A stretch of 64,000 bases of DNA, taken from the NCBI GenBank assembly GCA_965662845.1, contig CBFIJD010000007.1, positions 15,904 to 79,903 on the forward strand, given 5' to 3'. Origin of the DNA: an uncultured bacterium. GTDB lineage: Bacteria; SAR324; NAC60-12. Shown piece after piece: positions 57,681-64,000 of this stretch. The first letter of the stretch is position 1. Each line of letters opens with the position of its first letter. Under the pieces are notes generated by a model, which worked only from the letters and a program-made list of their open reading frames with translations, had not been told where the DNA came from and did no database searches. Position numbers and translations under genes: made by a program.

Positions 57681-57835
57681 ACCCTGATCTGTTCGAGGTT
57701 GACGAAAAACCACCTGCCCGATGCAACAATCATGACACTCCTTCAGGCCTGTGTGACGATTTGCTACGCTCTTTGCATCCCTCCGACAACCTCAATTTCC
57801 CAACCTTTGCCGAAGTTTTTCAGAGACGAGCGAAC

Positions 57836-59311
57836 ATGCCAAAATGGATGATGTGGATGGGGATGGCCCTGCTCAGCAGCGCGACGTTCTACGCTTGCGC
57901 CGAACCAGAAGAAGCGACCGAGTCGGGCAGCGCTCCCGTCGAAAGTGTGAGTCTGCAGCTAGTTAGGTCGACTCCGAGTTTTGTAGAGAAAGACACGAGC
58001 TTCCCTTACACCCGTGACTTAGAGGTCACCTTCAACAGCGCGTTGGCCGAGAGCTCGATCCTAATGTCGCCGAATGCGACTTGTGAGGCTAGCAGTGTGC
58101 GGCTCTATCGCAGCGACGATTCCGAAAATTGCCTCTCCCTCACTTATCAACTCGCGGCAGAAGTCCTGACGATTCGACCGCTCGCGCCTCTCCGGGCGGA
58201 CAGCGACTACGAGCTGCTGCTGACGACGGCGTTGCGAAGTGGCACGAGCCGGCTCAATGACAATGTCAGCGTCTCTTTCACGACCTTGTTTCCTTACGAC
58301 GGCTCTTTCCAGAACCCTCTCAACCTCAACGTGAACGCTCTGGAAGTTGAGATGACTGGGGAAACGACAGCAGGCCTGAACAACGATGACGGCCTCGAAC
58401 AGTTTCATCGTCCACGAGACCTCGCCACGAACGGCACCGACTTGTTCATTGCAGACACGCGCAACGGCGTGATTCGACAACAAAACCTCGCCACGGGGCG
58501 CGTCAGCACGCTCGACCTCTCCGGCTATTCCCGCGTCAATCTCTCCGCCAACGAAGAACTCTTCTCGGCTCCTGTCGACCTCACTCTGAATGAAGATACC
58601 CTCTTCGTGCTAGATCAAGATTTTCACCGCGTGCTGAGCATCAGCTTGGGAGGAAGCCAGCAAGTCCGCTTGATCGCAGGTGGAAGCCGGGGTTTCAGCG
58701 ACGGGAACGGAATTGCAGCGCAGTTCAACCAGCCTCAAGGGATCACAAACACCCCAGACGCGCTATATGTAGCCGACACCTGCAATCACAACATCCGACG
58801 GATTGACCTCGCCACTTATGCCGTCACGTCCCTCTTAGACAACGTCACGCCTGGTTGTGGGAATGGAGTCGACAACACGCTAGAGAGTCCGGTGGCCTTA
58901 ACCGTGGTTGCGAACGAAGACAGCAGCGAGACGCTCTATGTTGCAGATAGCGCAGATCAACAAATTTACTCGCTGAACACAGACTGTGATCAGAGTGAAA
59001 CTTACGACCCTGACCAGTTGGATTCTCAAAGTGGCCGTTGCGCCGTCAGCGCTCCATTTGGGAATTTGGTGTTCACGCCTGCGACAGGTTCGTCTGCAGA
59101 GAACGCGTCTCTGATTCCAAGCAGCGTCGCCACCGACGGCGCCTATCTCTACGTCGGGGGGCAGCAAGGGTTGATCAGAATAGATCGGCGCACCGGAGAA
59201 GGGAGGGAGACACTGCCAGTTCGTGTCTATGATGTAACGGGACTCACAACGGACGGGGAGGCATTGTATTTCACGGACGAGGTGCGGAACCAAATCGGGA
59301 AGATCCGTTGA
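57836..59311 (+). CDS. Secreted/lipoprotein NHL-repeat beta-propeller protein
   Basis: An N-terminal hydrophobic leader carries Cys (LLSSATFYAC). The NHL-like repeats are LFIADTRNGVIRQ, LFVLDQDFHRVLSI, LYVADTCNHNIRRID and LYVADSADQQIYSL. Confidence 0.6.
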   Translation: MPKWMMWMGMALLSSATFYACAEPEEATESGSAPVESVSLQLVRSTPSFVEKDTSFPYTRDLEVTFNSALAESSILMSPNATCEASSVRLYRSDDSENCLSLTYQLAAEVLTIRPLAPLRADSDYELLLTTALRSGTSRLNDNVSVSFTTLFPYDGSFQNPLNLNVNALEVEMTGETTAGLNNDDGLEQFHRPRDLATNGTDLFIADTRNGVIRQQNLATGRVSTLDLSGYSRVNLSANEELFSAPVDLTLNEDTLFVLDQDFHRVLSISLGGSQQVRLIAGGSRGFSDGNGIAAQFNQPQGITNTPDALYVADTCNHNIRRIDLATYAVTSLLDNVTPGCGNGVDNTLESPVALTVVANEDSSETLYVADSADQQIYSLNTDCDQSETYDPDQLDSQSGRCAVSAPFGNLVFTPATGSSAENASLIPSSVATDGAYLYVGGQQGLIRIDRRTGEGRETLPVRVYDVTGLTTDGEALYFTDEVRNQIGKIR

Positions 59312-59340
59312 TGTCGCCCGCAAGGCAGGAGAGGACGCTG

Positions 59341-60702
59341 TCAGCGCGGCTGTAGTCGATCGCCGAAGATTTGCTGCAAGCGCTGGACGGAGTCTTGGAG
59401 GTTGGTGTTTTCGCTCATCCCTTGCCGGGCAAACTCCATCATCAGAGGATACTTCTGGACAGCATAGTCAATGTCAGGGTTGCTGCCGCGCACATACGCG
59501 CCAATGTTGATGAGATCTTCGGCTTCCCGATACGTTGCCAAAGTGCTGCGATAAATTTGTGCAAGCTGCTGGTGTACGTCAGACGTCACATCCGGCATCA
59601 CGCGGCTCGCCGAGACAAGCAGATCGACCGCAGGGTAGGTGCCTTTGGCAGCGATGTCGCGGTTTAACACAATGTGACCGTCCACAATCGCCCGAGCAGC
59701 GTCGCCAATCGGGTCGTTCGTATCATCCCCTTCAATCAAGACCGTGTAAAAGCCGGTGATGGATCCCTTCTCTCCGCTGGTTCCGGCGCGCTCTAACAAG
59801 CCTGGCATCGTGGCAAACACAGAGGGCGGATAGCCCTTGGTCGTTGGCGGTTCTCCTGCGGCCAAGCCAATCTCCCGTTGCGCCATCGCGAAACGAGTCA
59901 GCGAGTCCATCGTCAGCAACACGTCCATGCCTTGAGCACGAAAAAATTCTGCAATCGAGGTAGCGACATAGGCTCCGCGCATTCTCAACAGCGCTGGTTG
60001 GTCGGAGGTCGCGACCACCACCACAGAGCGCGCCATACCTCCTGGCCCTAAGATTCCTTCAATAAAGTCTTTCACCTCGCGACCGCGCTCACCAATCAAA
60101 GCAATCACGTTGACATCGGCGTTGGTAAAGCGCGCCATCATGCCTAGCAACACGGACTTCCCGACGCCGGAGCCGGCCAAGATCCCAATGCGCTGACCGC
60201 GTCCACAAGTCAGCACACCATTGAGCACGCGGACTCCTACATCCAGCGGTTCAAACACGCGCGGGCGATTGAGCGGATTGATTGAAGGTGGATAAAGCGG
60301 CGTTTCGGTGTGTGTAAAAAGTTCCCCTTGGCCATCAATCGGGCGCATCAAAGGGTCAAGCACGCGGCCCAGAAGCCCCTCGCCCACGCGCACCATTGGG
60401 TCGCGATGATTGTAGAGAATCCGACACTGCGGGCCGACGTTGTTCATTTGCTCCAGCAGCATCACCAAGATTTTATCCTCACGGAAGCCAACCACTTCGG
60501 CAGGGACGGAGACTTGGGTCTGTGGATCGAAGACGTAGCACATGCTGCCTTTCGAGCAGCCTGGGTTGGTCGCTTCTAGCAAGTGACCGATCATGTGCGT
60601 GACACGACCTTCGGGGCGCAACGCGCGGTAGCGCTGCATGTGCTTGAGATAGGGATCAAGGTGAGAATAGGGCGGTAAGTGGGTCGGGCTCTCCAGAGAC
60701 AT
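59341..60702 (-). CDS. fliI: Flagellum-specific ATPase FliI (T3SS ATPase family)
   Basis: Walker A is GSGVGKSVLLGMMAR and Walker B is ...VLLTMDSLTRFA. The protein is 453 aa. Its start shares 1 nt with the fliH stop. Confidence 0.88.
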   Translation of the reverse strand: MSLESPTHLPPYSHLDPYLKHMQRYRALRPEGRVTHMIGHLLEATNPGCSKGSMCYVFDPQTQVSVPAEVVGFREDKILVMLLEQMNNVGPQCRILYNHRDPMVRVGEGLLGRVLDPLMRPIDGQGELFTHTETPLYPPSINPLNRPRVFEPLDVGVRVLNGVLTCGRGQRIGILAGSGVGKSVLLGMMARFTNADVNVIALIGERGREVKDFIEGILGPGGMARSVVVVATSDQPALLRMRGAYVATSIAEFFRAQGMDVLLTMDSLTRFAMAQREIGLAAGEPPTTKGYPPSVFATMPGLLERAGTSGEKGSITGFYTVLIEGDDTNDPIGDAARAIVDGHIVLNRDIAAKGTYPAVDLLVSASRVMPDVTSDVHQQLAQIYRSTLATYREAEDLINIGAYVRGSNPDIDYAVQKYPLMMEFARQGMSENTNLQDSVQRLQQIFGDRLQPR

Positions 60703-61886
60703 CAGTGGTCTCCATTGAGCAAGTCGAGCGGATCGATCATCTCATCTACAGCAGGCTCCTTGTCCTGAGGCGAGGGATCGCTCTCGGGAGCGGAGTCCAT
60801 TTCTACCGGCTCCGGGCGAGGTGCGCCGGGGCTGAAATCATGCGCGTCCATGTCTACGGTGTGCAGCTGGACTTGGCGTTGGGCGAGCTTTTGGCTGAGT
60901 TCTTCTTCGACCTGCTCAAACTGTTGCTGCAACGTGAAGTTCAACGCGTTGTCGTCGGTTTCAATATAAATCGAGCCGGGCTCGGCGTCAGGATTGACCT
61001 TAATGCTCAGGGTCTGGTCTTCATCCATATATTGCTCCAGATCAACGCCCGTGTTCTGAATGAACTCGAAGTCTTCAGGATGCAGGAAGACTTGGATGCG
61101 CCCCATGGTCTCAATTTCTTTGAGCGCCTTACGCAGAATGTTCTGCAGCATCTCTGGGTTGAGCTCGAGTTCCTGAATGATCACGCGTTTTGCGATCAGC
61201 ACTGAGAGTTGCACCAGCTCTTGTTCTGCCTGAAAGCGGACGACTTGGCGCAAGCTGGCCAGCTGCTCAATTACGGCAGACATTTGATGCGCTAGATATT
61301 CAGACTCCTGAAATCGCTGCTGCATCCCCTCTTGGCGCCCCGCTTCAAACCCCTCTTGATAGCCCTGCTCTTTGATCTGCTCGGCTTCTGTGTAAGCGTT
61401 CTGGAGGACGTCTTGGCGCTCATCTTCCATCGCCTGCTTCAGCGCTTGGGTCTCGCGCTTGAGCTGTTCTGCCTCTGCGTGAGCGTCTTCCGTTTTGCTC
61501 AACAGCTGACGTTTGTAGAGCTCGGCGCCTTCCCGAATGGAGCGCGCGTAGGCCTCGGCGTCCGTCAACAAAGAGTTTTCGCGATTAAACTTATCACTCT
61601 CAAACTCACTGGCCAGCGCGAGCTTTTCTTCTTCGCTTTTTGAATATTCGCCTGTGTCGAGCTGTCCATAGTCGGCGTCACTGGCAAAGGCCTCGGCCCC
61701 AGCATCGTAGCCCTCATGGAAATGAATCGTTTCGAACGCCTCCGACTTTTCCAGATGCTCTGGAAGGGCTTGTTCGGTCTTGGCCACAGGGGTAGCTTCT
61801 GCGCGCAAACGAGGGGAGCCTTCCGCTTCAGAATCTACAGAGTCGTCAAAGCTCGGTAAGACAAATTCTTGAAATTCGTCGCTCAT
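60702..61886 (-). CDS. fliH: Flagellar assembly protein FliH (long form with an acidic N-terminal extension)
   Basis: The FliH motifs are AYTEAEQIKEQGYQEGFEAGRQEG and LVQLSVLIAKRVIIQELELNPEMLQNILRKAL. I do not see a FliG torque-helix signature in it. Confidence 0.7.
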   Translation of the reverse strand: MSDEFQEFVLPSFDDSVDSEAEGSPRLRAEATPVAKTEQALPEHLEKSEAFETIHFHEGYDAGAEAFASDADYGQLDTGEYSKSEEEKLALASEFESDKFNRENSLLTDAEAYARSIREGAELYKRQLLSKTEDAHAEAEQLKRETQALKQAMEDERQDVLQNAYTEAEQIKEQGYQEGFEAGRQEGMQQRFQESEYLAHQMSAVIEQLASLRQVVRFQAEQELVQLSVLIAKRVIIQELELNPEMLQNILRKALKEIETMGRIQVFLHPEDFEFIQNTGVDLEQYMDEDQTLSIKVNPDAEPGSIYIETDDNALNFTLQQQFEQVEEELSQKLAQRQVQLHTVDMDAHDFSPGAPRPEPVEMDSAPESDPSPQDKEPAVDEMIDPLDLLNGDH

Positions 61887-61964
61887 AAGAAAATTGCGGT
61901 GTGAGGAGAGGAGGACGGAAACAGGCAGGGAAGCGGTGGGAGCCGACGAGGCGACTCCTGCACA

Positions 61965-63578
61965 TTACTTCTTGTCGCGCAACCAGGTCCGTACCAAGTT
62001 GGCGGTCTTGAGCGGATCTGCCTTGGCCATTTCCAGAATCTTGTCGCGCGGCGGCAGGCCAGATTCGCGTTCGGTCGGAATTTCGAGTTCTTCGCCTTCG
62101 AGCTCGCCAATCGTCGCTGGTAGCCCCATGAGGAGGTCGAGATCTGCCGGCTTCGTGCTGAGTCGCTGCACCATCGGGCGAATCACCAACATGATCAAAG
62201 CGAGCACCGCGGCGCCCAGCGCTACGTAGCGAATGACGTCCAGAATGAACTGGTTGCGGACGCGCGTCGCCTCTAGCTCGGCGGCTTTGTCTTCTTCCAA
62301 GGCCTTCCCAAACGGCATGTTGACGACGGTCACACTGTCGCCTCTCTCCGCGCTGAAGCCAATCGCGCTCTGCACCAGAGAGACGATCTCTTCCTTCTCA
62401 TTCTCTGACCAAGGGATGTTGTCGCGGCCTAGATAGTTGCCGCTTTCGTCAAGAATTTGTGGGCGCTTGTTGTCTAAGAGCACGGAGACGGTGAGGCGAG
62501 TGACTTGGCCTGTCGCGGTCTCTTTGACGACCTCGCGGCGTGAGGTTTCAAAGTTGCGGGTTGAGTTCTTCTTAGAGAATTCGGAGACCGTCGCGGCTTC
62601 TCTGCCGGTCGCTTCTGGGAGGTTGGTGGTCACGCCAGCCGGGCCAACGGGGATCGAGCGTGTTCCTGTTGAGGCTTCATCAACCAGTTGCTCGCTCACA
62701 ATGCTGGTCTGGTCGGGGTCGATCAACTCTTCGCGGATGGTCTCGCGATCAAATCGTAGGAGCGCGTTCACGTTCACACGCACGCGATCTTGTCCCACGA
62801 CCTCTTCCAGTTGCGTGACAATCTTTTGCTCCAATTCCATCTCGAAGCGGCGCTTGTAAGCATAGTGTTCGTCGAGGCGACCGCTCACGGTGGTGTCATC
62901 CATTCCCTCAGTCAGGAGGCGACCTCGCTGGTCGGTCACTCGGACTCTCCCCGGTTGGAGTCCTTCGACGGCGCCAGCGACCAAGTGGACGACTGTCTCA
63001 ACTTGCGGCTTGCTGATGCCATTTCCGTTGACTGTCAGGGCTACGGAAGCGGACGCTTCTTCTGCTGCATCGGCGAAGAGCGTCTTCTGCGGCACAGCTA
63101 AGGAGACACGAGCGCTCGTGATGTTTTGAATCGTGCTGATCAACCGAGCGAGCTCTCCTTCTTGCGCCACGCGATACTTCACTTGCTGCTGAAATTCGGT
63201 TTCTCCGAGCGCGGGCTGCGCGAACAAGTCTAGGAAGCCAACCCCGCTGTTGGGGAGCACTTTTTCGCTGGCGAGGGTTAGCCTTGCTTGGTCTACCAGC
63301 TCAGGTGGGACCATGACGCCGCTGCCTCCAGGGGCGAGCATGTAAGGCACCTGATTTTCTTGTAATTTTTGAACGATCTTGGCGGCGTCTTCGGGAGCGA
63401 GGTTAGAGTAGAGGGGGGCCCAACTATCTTGGTTCGAGATCACGATGATAGACACCATCCCTACCAGTACAATCAGGAGAGAGACCAGTACGGTGATGCG
63501 TTTTCCGAGGCTTAGAGAGCCAAAGAAATCTTGGAACTGAAGTCGTACGTCAGAGAGAGCGTTGGCTTGTTCTGCCAT
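61965..63578 (-). CDS. fliF: Flagellar M-ring protein FliF
   Basis: 537 aa. The N-terminal TM region is followed by the conserved ...LYSNLAPEDAAKIVQKLQENQVPY...ARVSLAVP...; a second TM helix lies near the C-terminus. Confidence 0.85.
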   Translation of the reverse strand: MAEQANALSDVRLQFQDFFGSLSLGKRITVLVSLLIVLVGMVSIIVISNQDSWAPLYSNLAPEDAAKIVQKLQENQVPYMLAPGGSGVMVPPELVDQARLTLASEKVLPNSGVGFLDLFAQPALGETEFQQQVKYRVAQEGELARLISTIQNITSARVSLAVPQKTLFADAAEEASASVALTVNGNGISKPQVETVVHLVAGAVEGLQPGRVRVTDQRGRLLTEGMDDTTVSGRLDEHYAYKRRFEMELEQKIVTQLEEVVGQDRVRVNVNALLRFDRETIREELIDPDQTSIVSEQLVDEASTGTRSIPVGPAGVTTNLPEATGREAATVSEFSKKNSTRNFETSRREVVKETATGQVTRLTVSVLLDNKRPQILDESGNYLGRDNIPWSENEKEEIVSLVQSAIGFSAERGDSVTVVNMPFGKALEEDKAAELEATRVRNQFILDVIRYVALGAAVLALIMLVIRPMVQRLSTKPADLDLLMGLPATIGELEGEELEIPTERESGLPPRDKILEMAKADPLKTANLVRTWLRDKK

Positions 63579-63679
63579 CTACGAACCTTAGAATCAGCGA
63601 CTGGAGGTGACTCGCGCCGCTATTACGGAGTATAGAGCGATATGTGTATCTTTGGTTGGTGCTGCGACACGGTGTAGGG

Positions 63680-63695
63680 CGCGCTTTGCGTTCCA
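63680..63695 (-). promoter_or_regulatory. Sigma54-like promoter candidate TGGAAC-N5-AGCGC (-24 GG / -12 GC spacing) about 100 nt upstream of fliF
   Basis: The minus strand reads TGGAACGCAAAGCGCG. The GG and GC are separated by 10 nt, as in the TGGCAC-N5-TTGCA consensus. Confidence 0.3.
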
Positions 63696-63756
63696 GCGCA
63701 TCGCAGTCAGCAAGATTGATTCCATGCAGCGAAAGTGAATGCAGACTATCACCGAA

Positions 63757-64000
63757 CTAGACTTGCATGCGCATCACTTCTTCGTAAGCCGTGGTGATTT
63801 TGTTACGAACCTGGAGCAACAAGCGAAGAGAGACCTCCGCCTTCTCCATCGCGATCATCGTGCCGTGAATGTCCTTTTCTTTAGAGGTCAACAGCTCCAC
63901 TTTCTTCTGATCTGCGTGCTCTTGGAGTTGGTTTGCTTCCATCAGCATGTTCTCAAACGTCTGGCCGATGCTCGCGCCGCTCTCTGCGACACTGGGACGA
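63757..64000 (-). CDS. fliE: Flagellar hook-basal body protein FliE, 5'-partial (the N-terminus lies beyond the window end)
   Basis: The C-terminus ...MLMEANQLQEHADQ...IAMEKAEVSLRLLLQVRNKITTAYEEVMRMQV matches the conserved FliE C-terminal helix. The frame stays open to position 64000. Confidence 0.75.
   Translation of the reverse strand, partial: RPSVAESGASIGQTFENMLMEANQLQEHADQKKVELLTSKEKDIHGTMIAMEKAEVSLRLLLQVRNKITTAYEEVMRMQV

Noticed and set aside
60702-61886. The 394-aa protein between fliF and fliI as FliG
   Set aside because: Its sequence motifs (GYQEGFEAGRQEG, LIAKRVII…) match FliH, and it lacks the FliG torque-helix and ARM-repeat signatures. Its extra length comes from an acidic N-terminal extension.

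Overview
This 64 kb window is a GC-rich (roughly 60% by eye) bacterial chromosomal segment, densely coding on both strands. The organism is Gram-negative: there is an outer-membrane beta-barrel protein, a TatA/B protein, an LPS heptosyltransferase and flagellar genes. I found no rRNA, tRNA, CRISPR array, transposase or integrase, so nothing here looks mobile. Most genes are housekeeping. They include proW(partial)-proV; mutM; rsmH; sbcDC; rnhA; purB-trpS; rpmA-rplU; a complete ATP synthase F1 cluster with both b and b' subunits (a/c subunits are not in this cluster); rlmE; guaA; a murG-like gene; pgi; hsp20; fxsA; recO; and a fliE-fliF-fliH-fliI block that lacks fliG. Many of the long ORFs in the six-frame track are antisense shadows typical of high-GC DNA and were discarded. 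The less ordinary content is listed below. (1) A four-gene plus-strand operon of a Sel1-repeat secreted protein, a FecR-domain secreted protein, a compact adenylate-forming ligase and a tyrosine ammonia-lyase-type MIO enzyme, with no PYP, PKS or other obvious acceptor for a coumaroyl-CoA product. (2) A tightly coupled module of an Lpp-like heptad-repeat protein (encoded by imperfect 21-bp tandem repeats), a DUF4381 protein, a BatA-type VWA membrane protein and a histidine kinase with an intact H-box but a dead ATPase domain, lacking the MoxR/DUF58 partners of canonical Bat operons. (3) A PhnD-like orphan periplasmic binding protein co-operonic with a 920-aa hybrid sensor carrying two complete kinase cores around a receiver domain. 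(4) Recurrent orphan transporter parts (TAXI, LivK-like and PhnD-like binding proteins, a lone YejB-like permease, a lone membrane-fusion protein), plus rsmH and the murG-like gene sitting outside a dcw cluster. All functional calls rest on motif recognition by eye, and no database search was run.
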